A stretch of DNA of 64,000 nt. It comes from Candidatus Heimdallarchaeota archaeon (lineage in GTDB: Archaea > Asgardarchaeota > Heimdallarchaeia > Hodarchaeales > Hodarchaeaceae). The stretch spans positions 128,001-192,000 of the forward strand of contig RDOB01000002.1 in assembly GCA_011364965.1 (NCBI GenBank), written 5' to 3'. A model generated the notes under the pieces. The model saw only the letters and a list, made by a program, of their open reading frames with translations, made no database searches and was not told the origin of the DNA. A program made the position numbers and the translations under genes. Below, piece by piece: positions 39,984 through 50,033 of the stretch (position 1 is its first letter; the number at the start of each line of letters is the position of its first letter).

Positions 39984-40418
39984 TTAAGTTCCGCTACTCC
40001 CTAATCCTCCTCCTCGATCATTTTTAGCGTCCAAATTTGTTGTTTCAATTATTTCACAATCTTCCACTTTTTGAAACACCATTTGTGCTATTCTATCCCC
40101 TGATTTTATGGAATAAGGCTTTAAATTAATTGAATTAAGAATAACCATTATTTCTCCACGATATCCTGAATCAATAACCCCCCCAGTAACAAAAATCCCG
40201 TTGCTAGCCATTGAACTTCTTCCCTTTATTTGACCATAAAATCCTTGAGGAATTTCCATTGATATCCCAGTATGAATAATAGCTGTTTCGCCAGTGTTTA
40301 AGGTAATTGATTCGATAGAATATAAATCGAAAGCTGCATCCAATTTATTATGTTTCTTAGGTATCTTGGCTATTTGACTCAATTTCTTGACTTTTATTTG
40401 CAAATTTAATCGACCCAT
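39984..40418 (-). CDS. dut: Trimeric dUTP diphosphatase
   Basis: AAFDL, GRSS, GVIDSGYRGEI, GDRIAQ and RGGGLGSSG (motifs I-V). Confidence 0.95.
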   Translation of the reverse strand: MGRLNLQIKVKKLSQIAKIPKKHNKLDAAFDLYSIESITLNTGETAIIHTGISMEIPQGFYGQIKGRSSMASNGIFVTGGVIDSGYRGEIMVILNSINLKPYSIKSGDRIAQMVFQKVEDCEIIETTNLDAKNDRGGGLGSSGT

Positions 40419-40668
40419 TGGAATTCCTGCAGTGCTATTGTAAAAGCATATTATAATCTTGATTTTTTGAGATGTATAATCCTATATGGATTATAGAAAA
40501 CAAATGAAAGATTATACACCCCACTTTTAATGTTTATAATATTATTTGTTTATAATAGTACAAGAATTCATTCTATATAGAGTCCGTGTTTCAAGGAAAT
40601 TAATAGAAATTGGAAACAGATTAAAAGACTCATTATAAGTTAAGAAAATATGCCATATTTTAGGTGAA

Positions 40669-41325
40669 ATGAGAATGGCAACGAGAAAATGGCACCTATT
40701 TACCGCAATCTTGGTTTTTTTAGCTTATATAATTGGTTACTGGTATTTGCAGTCGTATTTTATGGCACAACTACCTATCCTCGCTCCTCTATTGATACTA
40801 ACTGCGTTTTTAATGGCCTTAATCGGTTCAGAGGCGCCAGATTGGGATTTCATGATGAGTTGGTTGCAACATAGAGATATTACAACTCATTCTGTCGGAA
40901 TTCCAGCTATAATTACATTTGTGATCTTTATTCAGAAAGTTATTATGCCCATGAATCCTTCTTTAATGCTAGCTTTGATTTTCATACCCTTCATGTTTGG
41001 TTTTAGTTCTCATTTACTACTGGATTTATTCCCAGGAGTTGATCCTGAGAAGGAATTGAAAAAGGGTGGAATAACTCACACAACTGCTTTACTCTTGAAA
41101 GGATTTATTTCTGGATTAACTGGTGTTGAAACAGCTAAGGCGCTCCAAGGAACTTATCTAATCCATTTACCATTTAAAATGAAACTTCAGAGTGAAAAGG
41201 GCAGAAAAAAGTGGGAAATACGGAAAACTTTACCTCTTCATGCTTCTAGGTGGTGGTTGTTTTTTAATGGGTTATTATCTCTGAGTTTGGGCATTTTTAT
41301 CCTAACTGCTTACCTTTGGAGATAA
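40669..41325 (+). CDS. Membrane-bound metal-dependent hydrolase (YdjM/DUF457-like)
   Basis: N-terminal His, PDWD, HRDITTHS and SHLLLD within hydrophobic segments. Confidence 0.7.
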   Translation: MRMATRKWHLFTAILVFLAYIIGYWYLQSYFMAQLPILAPLLILTAFLMALIGSEAPDWDFMMSWLQHRDITTHSVGIPAIITFVIFIQKVIMPMNPSLMLALIFIPFMFGFSSHLLLDLFPGVDPEKELKKGGITHTTALLLKGFISGLTGVETAKALQGTYLIHLPFKMKLQSEKGRKKWEIRKTLPLHASRWWLFFNGLLSLSLGIFILTAYLWR

Positions 41326-41334
41326 AATTTCCAA

Positions 41335-42534
41335 TTATTTTCCAAGTATACTTTTTATAATATCAAGTGCCCAGTTTAGGTCTTCTTTTGAGATGACTAA
41401 AGGAGGAGCGAAACGGATTACATAGTCATGAGTTTCCTTAGCTAAGATACCATTTTGGATTAATTGCTCCGTAAAAGGACGAGCTTTTTCTGATAATTCT
41501 ACTGCAACTAACAATCCTTTCCCTCTTACTTCTTTTATTCTTGGATGATTAATCTTTTTCAGCTCTGTAATAAACATTTCTCCTAATTCTGCCGCCCTAA
41601 CGTCAAGTTTTTCTTCTACTAGTACATTTAAGGCAGCCTCTCCAACTACGCAAGCTAAGGGGAAACCACCAAAAGTTGAACCATGAGACCCAGGTATAAA
41701 AACTTTCATAATTTCTTTTCTTGAAACTACTGCTGAAACTGGCAATAATCCTCCTCCTAAAGCTTTTCCCAATGTCAGAACATCAGGAGTTATTCCTTCA
41801 TGTTGAAAACAAAACATCTTTCCAGTTCGACAAAAACCCGTTTGAATCTCATCAAGCACAAATAACACATTATTTCGAGTACAAATCTCTCTAATTTGCT
41901 TTAAATAGCCATTGGAAGGAACTATGACTCCAGCTTCACCTTGAATTGGTTCACATAGAAATGCAACAGTATTATTTGTTATTGCAGTTTCTAAAGCTTT
42001 AATATCATTAAATGGTATAATTTTAAATCCAGGAGTAAAAGGTCCAAAATTTGTATTTGCGTCTGGATCAGTTGAGAATCCAACAATAGTTGTGGTTCTT
42101 CCATGAAAATTATTGGCACAGACTATTATTTCTGATTTACCTTCTGGAACTCCTTTGATTTCATATCCCCATCGCCGAACCATCTTAATTGCAGTTTCAA
42201 CAGCTTCTGCCCCAGTATTCATAGGTAAAGCCATATCAAAGCCCTTACCACAAATTTCAAGTAAGTGTTTAAGGTAAGGCCCCATACGATCATTATAGAA
42301 TGCTCGTGATGTTAAGGCAACATTTTCTAATTGATCTTTTAGTGCTTGGACAATTTTCGGATGAAGATGGCCTTGATTCACAGCGGAATATGCAGAAAGA
42401 CAATCAAGGTATTTTTTCCCTTCAACATCCCACACCCATGGGCCTTTGGCTTTAGCAATTACAACTGGAATCGGATGATAATTATGAGCTCCGTATTCTT
42501 CTTCAATAGCCATATAATACTGCGAATTTTTCAT
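41335..42534 (-). CDS. rocD: Ornithine--oxo-acid aminotransferase
   Basis: GAHNYHP, SAYSAVNQGH, NTGAEAVETA, EPIQGEAG, DEIQTG, GKALGGG and HGSTFGG motifs. Confidence 0.95.
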   Translation of the reverse strand: MKNSQYYMAIEEEYGAHNYHPIPVVIAKAKGPWVWDVEGKKYLDCLSAYSAVNQGHLHPKIVQALKDQLENVALTSRAFYNDRMGPYLKHLLEICGKGFDMALPMNTGAEAVETAIKMVRRWGYEIKGVPEGKSEIIVCANNFHGRTTTIVGFSTDPDANTNFGPFTPGFKIIPFNDIKALETAITNNTVAFLCEPIQGEAGVIVPSNGYLKQIREICTRNNVLFVLDEIQTGFCRTGKMFCFQHEGITPDVLTLGKALGGGLLPVSAVVSRKEIMKVFIPGSHGSTFGGFPLACVVGEAALNVLVEEKLDVRAAELGEMFITELKKINHPRIKEVRGKGLLVAVELSEKARPFTEQLIQNGILAKETHDYVIRFAPPLVISKEDLNWALDIIKSILGK

Positions 42535-42673
42535 TTTTATCTACCACAAGACAAATCGAAAACCATTCTTCATGTGGTAAGAAAAAATGATTTTCATTTA
42601 AATTTTGTCAATATGATACTTATATACGATCTTGATTATGCTATAAATTTTTCAACATTTGATTGATTTTAAT

Positions 42674-43135
42674 TTATTCATCCAAATTTAAAACTTGTGA
42701 ATCTTTAACCTTCTTCAATGTAATGGATGTATAGGTTTTGTTCACCCCAGGAATGGTAGATATTTTTCGTTCTACAATATCATGCAAATTTTCTATTGAA
42801 GCTGCGTTTCCAAAACACAAAATATCATGTATTCCCGTTGTTATTCTTATGATATGAATTTCTGTTATAGTTCTTAGAACTTTTAACACTTTATCCATTA
42901 CTGTAGCGTTAATATCAAGTTCACAGATGAACTCAATGGGGTATCCAATTTCCTCAGCTCTAAGTGTTAAAGTGAACCTTGAAATAATCCCTCTCTTTTT
43001 CATTCGTTCAATTCTATCGGAAATTGTCTGGGAGGTGACATTTAGTTCCTCTGCTATTTTATTATAGGCAATTTTGCCATCTTTACTTAACATTTTTAAT
43101 ATTTCGAGATCTTTATCATCTAAAGTAAATTTCAT
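42674..43135 (-). CDS. Lrp/AsnC family transcriptional regulator
   Basis: LDDKDLEILKML HTH, RIERMKKRGII, RAM domain TGIHD...GVNKTYT. Confidence 0.92.
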   Translation of the reverse strand: MKFTLDDKDLEILKMLSKDGKIAYNKIAEELNVTSQTISDRIERMKKRGIISRFTLTLRAEEIGYPIEFICELDINATVMDKVLKVLRTITEIHIIRITTGIHDILCFGNAASIENLHDIVERKISTIPGVNKTYTSITLKKVKDSQVLNLDE

Positions 43136-43173
43136 GTCGAGATATCCCTTTTTTTAATGAAAAGAAAATAGTA

Positions 43174-44001
43174 CTAGCTATCTCTTTTATCAAGTTTCCA
43201 TAACATCCAAAATCTGTGTGCTACACTTGCTGGAAGAAGAGCAGGAAGAAGAACGATGAATCCTAGGACTATTATGCTGGTTGTTTCAAGTTGGATTGTT
43301 GAGAGAAACAGCCATATAGCTCCTGCTGATATAATATAGACGATAGTAAAGACTAGATAATCAGCAAAAGTATCAAAGGCCCCTTTTAGAAACCCAAAGA
43401 GATTATTGAAAATAATAATAAATAATTCAGCAAATCCTCTTATTAATAGGTAGAAAAATTCAAAAATTCCTCTAATGATAGCTATAAAAGTCGTGGTGCC
43501 TCCCATTATTACTGATCGAGCTCCTGCGAGAATTGAATCGAGTCCCAAGTAAGCACCTGGAATTGCTACCAATAATAAATATATTAAGAAGAGCATTATC
43601 GCTAGTATTTCATTAAAATCTGTAAAAAGGATTAAAAACCCTAATAGTACCGCAAAAGGTGCTATGAGTATTGAGAAGCTAACCAAACCATCAATACCTG
43701 GATTCATTTCTCTTTCATCTGGATTTCGAGAGAAGAATTGAACTGTGCGATTCGCTTGAGTATAAGTCTTTGTGGGACGAGCTCGACGTGTGAATTCAAT
43801 TCTAGATTCATTTTTCGGTTTTTTTATCGGTTCTACTATAACATTGGTGATATCAAAATCTTTAAATTCGTCTTTAGCTATTTTTCCAGCTTTTTGAATC
43901 TCTTGGTTTATAATATTTCCCGCTTCAACAGCTTTTTTCCCTAGAAATCGACCAAGTTTCTTTGTTTTACTTTCCTTTTCATCTTTCATGGGTTTGTCCA
44001 T
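43174..44001 (-). CDS. Hypothetical membrane protein
   Basis: Charged N-terminal half, multiple hydrophobic segments in the C-terminal half. Confidence 0.65.
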   Translation of the reverse strand: MDKPMKDEKESKTKKLGRFLGKKAVEAGNIINQEIQKAGKIAKDEFKDFDITNVIVEPIKKPKNESRIEFTRRARPTKTYTQANRTVQFFSRNPDEREMNPGIDGLVSFSILIAPFAVLLGFLILFTDFNEILAIMLFLIYLLLVAIPGAYLGLDSILAGARSVIMGGTTTFIAIIRGIFEFFYLLIRGFAELFIIIFNNLFGFLKGAFDTFADYLVFTIVYIISAGAIWLFLSTIQLETTSIIVLGFIVLLPALLPASVAHRFWMLWKLDKRDS

Positions 44002-44349
44002 CCTTCTTTATTATCTGAAAAAGCTTAATTCCCCATTTTTAAGTCTTCGTTTCATTGCGCACGATCTAAGTTCTTTAGCTCTATATAGTAGAATTATCAG
44101 GATATTGAATTTAATTGGTAAAGATTCATATCCTTAGAAATTAATCTTGAATTATCCCTTTGAAGAAGAAAAGAAATAATACTGATGATAATATCATAAC
44201 TAATTCAGAAATCCATGAATATTGATCTTAAATCTGTTAATATCTTCCTTGGGATTCTGCTTATTCCTTGAATCATTTAAAAAATATTAAACACTAGCAG
44301 GATATTTAAAAGAATTACAATTTCTGCAGGTTTTGATAGTCTCAATTAT

Positions 44350-45126
44350 TTGAATAGGATTGTGTGGGATATCGAAACGAGAAGTGCCAAAGGACAGGAA
44401 GAAATAATAAAAAATGAGTTTTTAGGTAAAGCATCTTTTGAAAATTTGATCAAATTCTTTCCTTTGAAATTGATCGAGTGGTTCTCTAGAAATCAGAGGG
44501 ATCTTCCTTGGCGAAGGACGAGAGATCCTTATAAAATTCTTGTAAGCGAAATTATGCTTCAACAAACAAACGTAGAGATAGTAATTCCAATTTATATGAA
44601 TTTTCTTCAGAAATTTCCTACAATCCAAGCCTTAGCTGCAGCAAAGGTTGAAGATGTGAAGATTATTACAGATAAATTAGGATATAAACGAAGAGGAGAG
44701 TTTTTACATTCTATCGCAAATCAAATTGTTAATGAAAAAGGTGGAAGAATCCCTGATTCATTGGATCAATTGCTAACTTTGAAGGGAATAGGCCGTTACA
44801 CTGCAGGAGCAATTTTAAGTTTTGCATTCGAGCGATCTGACCCCACAGCTGCAATTGTTGATGTAAATGTAGATCGCGTATTAAGTCGAATAACTGGTAT
44901 TTGGACTGAAGAACGCGATGCTTCTTTTATCAAAACGATTTGGACACTTGCTGAATCGATAATAATTCCAGGTAAAGTTTGGGAGGTTAATCAGGGAATA
45001 CTTGATCTTGGAGCAACGATTTGTGTATCAAAAAAACCAAAATGCGCTATTTGCCCAATGATAAAGATTTGTGAGTATTATAAAAGTGAATACCCAAAGC
45101 AAATACCACTTGATTCATTTTTATAA
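44350..45126 (+). CDS. mutY: HhH-GPD mismatch DNA glycosylase, short MutY-like with 4Fe-4S FCL motif
   Basis: RDLPWR, SEIMLQQT, LGY.RR, LKGIGRYTA, VDVNVDRVLSR and C-x6-C-x2-C-x5-C motifs. No C-terminal NUDIX-like domain. Start uncertain. Confidence 0.85.
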   Translation: MNRIVWDIETRSAKGQEEIIKNEFLGKASFENLIKFFPLKLIEWFSRNQRDLPWRRTRDPYKILVSEIMLQQTNVEIVIPIYMNFLQKFPTIQALAAAKVEDVKIITDKLGYKRRGEFLHSIANQIVNEKGGRIPDSLDQLLTLKGIGRYTAGAILSFAFERSDPTAAIVDVNVDRVLSRITGIWTEERDASFIKTIWTLAESIIIPGKVWEVNQGILDLGATICVSKKPKCAICPMIKICEYYKSEYPKQIPLDSFL

Positions 45127-45268
45127 TACTTTTCTCCTAAATTGATACTTCCAACTAAAAAATAGACAGCTAGGTTCCAAATCTGTTTTAAATGGAATCA
45201 AACTATGATGATTTACTAAAGATCATAATTCATAATAATTATAATTATAATCTATATAGACTAAAATA

Positions 45269-47764
45269 ATGCCTTATCATCGCAAACTATCGTCAGAGGT
45301 GTTTCCTCGAAAATTATTCTGGGAAACTTTTATTGAATTGGACCATTCAGTCGAAAAAAAACTCTTAATCGAAATTTTACAAATATCGAAGAAAAGAAAT
45401 CTCATTTTTGAGGTTTTGGATGAACAAGGTTGGTCGGAATGGAAAGATAACCCAGACAAATTAGTAAAAGGTATTGTTCCACTATTAATTGCATTATTTT
45501 GTGATAGAATAACAATTTCGATTTCTATATTTAAAAAATCCTTTCAATTTGAAGATTTAGTAGCTCAAATGCGAAGAGATATTGGGAGTAGTTCTTCAAA
45601 TAAAAAAATTCTGAGTTTTTTCAATTTAGTGTCCAAGCTTTTGGATCAATCTCCAGAAAATGATTCAGAGTATCCAATAACTTGTCTTTCATATTTTCCT
45701 TTGAATAGAATTCTACATATTCTTTTTGAGTCCGAAGATGAATGTTTACTTGGATTAATTCTAATTCAAGAGTTACTACACCATAGTGATCAACAATACC
45801 TTTTACTTCCCTTTCTATACGAAAATGGGGTTCCCAGTCGATTACAACAGCTTCAAGGACAAGTTTTTACTCCACCAGAAATAACTAATTTTCTAGCAAA
45901 ATTTTCATTATCAAAAGCTGATTTTCGCAAAATAATTGATCCTGCTTGCGGAACGGGACTATTTTTATTAGCAGCTTTGGATTATATTTCTCATTCTCAT
46001 CAGAGGACTTCGTTGAAATATATAATTGGAATTGAGAAAGATCCATACTTAGGATCGATTACAAAAAGTGCTATAAATTACTTTTTATATAAAAATCCAT
46101 CAATGAGCGTTAAGAGTAGTATTATTATACAAGATTTCTTTTGTTTAAATAATGAAGAAGAAAAAAGGCTGAAATCTGATGAAAAGGTTATTTATTATGT
46201 GAATCCTCCCTATACTCGACAAGAGAATATTCCAATGCAATATAAAACCTTGATTCAAACCATTATTCAGAAAGATTTAATTTTTTTTTCTAAGACTGGA
46301 GAAAATGTAAGAAAAGAATTTTCACGACGCTCTGGATTATATGCTTATTTCTTGCTTCATATTGCTGGAAAATTAAAAGAAAATGACTCTATCGGCCTTA
46401 TTATACCCAATTCTTGGCTAGATGTGGACTATGGTCTCTATATTAGACAATTACTTTATAAATACTTTCATATTCATACAATTATTATGACGACAAAGGA
46501 GAAGCTCATTCCAGCAGCTGAAGTTAATACAGTAATTCTATATGTAATTCGAGATTCCAAGAAGTCGATAAAGCAAGTAAACTACTATTTAATAGAGAGA
46601 AAAAGTGATCTAGCATTAATTTCCCTTGGTATGAGGGAAAAGATCCCTTTTCATAAGAAATTTGATCAACATGTATTAGATCCTCCAAAAAAATGGAATG
46701 CAATTTTAAAAGCCCCAAATTGTTATTTGAATCTCTTAAATCTATTAAATGATAAATTAATGCCCCTTAAAAGCATTGCATCTATAAAAAGAGGTTTTAC
46801 AACTGGAGCGAATGATTTTTTTTATCTAGGTAAACCTGGATGTGAAAATAAATATTTTCGATCGGAATGGGATTCTGAAAGTGGGGACCTTCTTCTATAT
46901 CTGAGAGATGATAGAATTCAAGAATTTTATCGTTTGGGATGGACTATAAAGGAGCCCATGTTCAGGATTGAGAAAGAATACTGGATGCATTCATGTAGGA
47001 ATAAATCAAAGGGATTAAAAATAAAATTTGTAGATTCCAAAGAAGTAGAATGGATTCCCAATTATGTAGTTAAATCCCCTAAAGAACTACAAAAGTTTGA
47101 AATCAACGAGTCTGAAATTAACTACGTTGTATTAATTATTTGTCACTCAATTTCAATTGAAAAGGGAGTGCAAGAATATATTCATTGGGGAGAAAAATGG
47201 GTTCCTTCCTCGGGAAGAAAATATCCTCTTAGGCCTACTTGTAAAACGAGAGCGAATTGGTTTTGTTTACCACTCTTAAAAAAAGAATCATTTCCTATTT
47301 TGGGAATGATGACTATCAATGATCGATTTGCATTTTTTTACAACCCCTCGAAATATTATTTTGATGCGAGATTTTATGGCATTCAATTGACAAATTCCCT
47401 TGATGAAATTGCTTTTATTTTTCTTTTCTTGAATTCTATCGTGGCAGCATTTCAATTGGAATTATTGGGAAGGAGTAATTTAGGAGAAGGAGGACTTGAC
47501 ATCAAAGTTTATGAATATGAAGATTTAATGATTCCCAACATTAATTTAATAAATGGAAATGCTGTTTTAATATCAAAAAAGATCTTTAAAGAAACAATCC
47601 ATAAAAGACCCCTTTCGATTCGTGAGGTAGATTTTGAAGATGAATTTATCAAGGTTAATCTTCTATTCAACGTTCAACTAGATCCTGAGGTATTAAAAAA
47701 TTTAAAAACCGAACTAGAAACTTTAGTTCGATTAAGACTAAGCAAAGCAAAATCATTTCAATAA
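45269..47764 (+). CDS. N6-adenine DNA methyltransferase (gamma class, Eco57I/TaqI-like) with TRD
   Basis: GQVFTP, motif I IDPACGTGLFL, motif IV NPPY, IIPNSWLDVDYG, IKRGFTTGANDFF, C-terminal ELLGR...GGLDIKVYE. Confidence 0.88.
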   Translation: MPYHRKLSSEVFPRKLFWETFIELDHSVEKKLLIEILQISKKRNLIFEVLDEQGWSEWKDNPDKLVKGIVPLLIALFCDRITISISIFKKSFQFEDLVAQMRRDIGSSSSNKKILSFFNLVSKLLDQSPENDSEYPITCLSYFPLNRILHILFESEDECLLGLILIQELLHHSDQQYLLLPFLYENGVPSRLQQLQGQVFTPPEITNFLAKFSLSKADFRKIIDPACGTGLFLLAALDYISHSHQRTSLKYIIGIEKDPYLGSITKSAINYFLYKNPSMSVKSSIIIQDFFCLNNEEEKRLKSDEKVIYYVNPPYTRQENIPMQYKTLIQTIIQKDLIFFSKTGENVRKEFSRRSGLYAYFLLHIAGKLKENDSIGLIIPNSWLDVDYGLYIRQLLYKYFHIHTIIMTTKEKLIPAAEVNTVILYVIRDSKKSIKQVNYYLIERKSDLALISLGMREKIPFHKKFDQHVLDPPKKWNAILKAPNCYLNLLNLLNDKLMPLKSIASIKRGFTTGANDFFYLGKPGCENKYFRSEWDSESGDLLLYLRDDRIQEFYRLGWTIKEPMFRIEKEYWMHSCRNKSKGLKIKFVDSKEVEWIPNYVVKSPKELQKFEINESEINYVVLIICHSISIEKGVQEYIHWGEKWVPSSGRKYPLRPTCKTRANWFCLPLLKKESFPILGMMTINDRFAFFYNPSKYYFDARFYGIQLTNSLDEIAFIFLFLNSIVAAFQLELLGRSNLGEGGLDIKVYEYEDLMIPNINLINGNAVLISKKIFKETIHKRPLSIREVDFEDEFIKVNLLFNVQLDPEVLKNLKTELETLVRLRLSKAKSFQ

Positions 47765-47788
47765 AAGAAATGAAAAGGTTTTGAATTT

Positions 47789-50008
47789 ATGGTAAATATA
47801 AGTGTCGTTGAAAGAAAGCAAAAGGGACAATTTTTCACCAAAACTGAGATTGCAGTAAAAGTTGTAACGGAAATTTGCAATGACTTAATCGGGTATTTAG
47901 ATCAAGGTAATAAGAAAGACTATTCTATGTTTATAAACAAAATATTAAACATTAAGTTAATTGATCCCGCAATGGGTGATGGAGTTTTTCTTGTTGTTGC
48001 TTTAGAATATTTTACGAAAATCATTCAAGATATCTGGGGAGAAATAGTGAAAGATAATAATGTTCGTGCAAAGAATGATTTTAAAGAACGATTCAGGATA
48101 AATGGAATGAATAATGCTTTAACTGAATTAGATCGAGACCTGATTTGTCTTAAAATTCTATCTGAAATGATTTATGGAGTTGAAGTAGATCGTTTTATCT
48201 ATGAAAAAGCTATTCAAAATATTTTAGGTTTGTTTAATGTTCCTGAAGTTATAGAGATGGCAAAAAAACTCGTGAAAATTAAAATTAAACAAGGGAACTC
48301 TCTTATTTCTCCTTTACCATTAGAATTTAAAAAAAGTTTCAAATTTCTTTCTTTATTTAAATCAGAAATTAATTTAATTGTGAAAAATAGAGAAGCAATC
48401 TCTAAATTAATACTTGAAGGTTCTGATGTTTTAATTAAGAGAAAATTTATTGAAAACTCCCAAATTCGTAATTTAGTTATATCTAAGCTTAAAGGAGAAT
48501 TTTCAGATAGTAGTCAACTGCTTTACTTAACTTTGTTAAAGAAAAAAGAACAAATTCCTTTTTTTTGGGAGTTAGAATATCCTGAAGTCTTTTTATCAAA
48601 TAAATTTGGATTTGATGTGGTAATAGGTAATCCCCCTTGGGATAAATGGAAACTTTATGACAGAGAATGGCTAGGTTCGACTGTTCTTTCTTCTCCTGAA
48701 TTAATTAAGGAAACAATCAATGGTGCTCCATCAGAGTCTAAATTAAAATATCTTGAACTAAAAGAGTATTATAAAGAAACCTCAAAATACTTTAATACAT
48801 GCTATAAATGGCAACCTGGGGAAAAAAATCTTTATAAATTATTTCTGGAACGTTTTTATGATCTTACCTCTGAAATGGGTTATTTTGGAATAATTATTCC
48901 GAGTGGAATTCTAGGGGAATATTTTAGTAAATCATTACGAAAAATGCTTTTAGAGAATGTAAAATTAATATCTGTTACAGAAATTGTATCTAATAAGGAA
49001 ATTTTCTCTGAGGTTGAACCAGGGATTAGTATTTCAGTAATACTGGCACAGAAGAATACACCTGATGTTACTTTTCTCTTTTCTAAAGATATTCATTCTT
49101 TAGATGATTTTAAACAAGCTCAAATGCGACTAATAGAAATAAACAATACTAATCATGTTCGAATGAATCGTAATGAAATAATATCTACTTCCCCTCATTA
49201 TATCATTCCATCAATACGTAATAACAAGGAATTAGCAGTCACAAGAAAAATTATTTCATTTCCATCGTTAACGTCTAAAGAATGGAAATGTAAGACATCA
49301 CGTGGTTTAGACATGACCAATGATCGTAATATGTTAACAAAGGATCCAAACGCATATCCTTTGGTTGAAGGCAGACATTTAGTCAGATTGGGGTATGATG
49401 ATAAACACCCTCGTTTTTGGATTCAATCACCTCAAAGATATTTTGAAAAATTCCCTTTTTGGAGAAGAACTTTCATTGGATGGAAAAATTTCTCTGGTAA
49501 TCATAGAAGAAGAAGAATGCGAATAGCTATTTTCCCAAAATCCACTTTCATATCTAATAGCATTTTATGTCTTTATGATTTTCCTGAGCAGGAAGATATT
49601 GAATATTATTTAGCTGGGGTATTATGTTCCGTTCCTTTTGAATTTCGAATTCGACAGATTTGTTATGGATTAAATATCAATCAATTTATAATCAAAAAGA
49701 TGAATATCCCAGCTTATGAAATGAAAAATCCTTTGCACAAAGCACTAGTTAATTTAATCAAAGACTTCGAACCCATTGGGATAAACTGGGCTTATAGAAA
49801 AATGGAGGCCTCCTCCTCTTCCGCAAAATCAGCTCTCGAGAAAGATTATTATCTTTATATAGCCCAAATAGATGCATTGGTTGCTCTAATTTATAATTTA
49901 ACAAAAGAAGAGTTTATTGTTACGCTTCAAGCACATCAAAGGTTAGAATCTTCCTACACAGAAGCAGCAGTGAATTCTTATACAAAATTCTCCCAAAATT
50001 TTAATTGA
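47789..50008 (+). CDS. Amino-DNA methyltransferase (Eco57I-like)
   Basis: RKQKGQFFT, IDPAMGDGVFL, YGVE, GNSL, FFWELEYPEVF, GFDVVIGNPPW and NLYKLFLE motifs. Confidence 0.88.
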   Translation: MVNISVVERKQKGQFFTKTEIAVKVVTEICNDLIGYLDQGNKKDYSMFINKILNIKLIDPAMGDGVFLVVALEYFTKIIQDIWGEIVKDNNVRAKNDFKERFRINGMNNALTELDRDLICLKILSEMIYGVEVDRFIYEKAIQNILGLFNVPEVIEMAKKLVKIKIKQGNSLISPLPLEFKKSFKFLSLFKSEINLIVKNREAISKLILEGSDVLIKRKFIENSQIRNLVISKLKGEFSDSSQLLYLTLLKKKEQIPFFWELEYPEVFLSNKFGFDVVIGNPPWDKWKLYDREWLGSTVLSSPELIKETINGAPSESKLKYLELKEYYKETSKYFNTCYKWQPGEKNLYKLFLERFYDLTSEMGYFGIIIPSGILGEYFSKSLRKMLLENVKLISVTEIVSNKEIFSEVEPGISISVILAQKNTPDVTFLFSKDIHSLDDFKQAQMRLIEINNTNHVRMNRNEIISTSPHYIIPSIRNNKELAVTRKIISFPSLTSKEWKCKTSRGLDMTNDRNMLTKDPNAYPLVEGRHLVRLGYDDKHPRFWIQSPQRYFEKFPFWRRTFIGWKNFSGNHRRRRMRIAIFPKSTFISNSILCLYDFPEQEDIEYYLAGVLCSVPFEFRIRQICYGLNINQFIIKKMNIPAYEMKNPLHKALVNLIKDFEPIGINWAYRKMEASSSSAKSALEKDYYLYIAQIDALVALIYNLTKEEFIVTLQAHQRLESSYTEAAVNSYTKFSQNFN

Positions 50009-50033
50009 GAAGTAAAGCGATCAATTGATTTAT

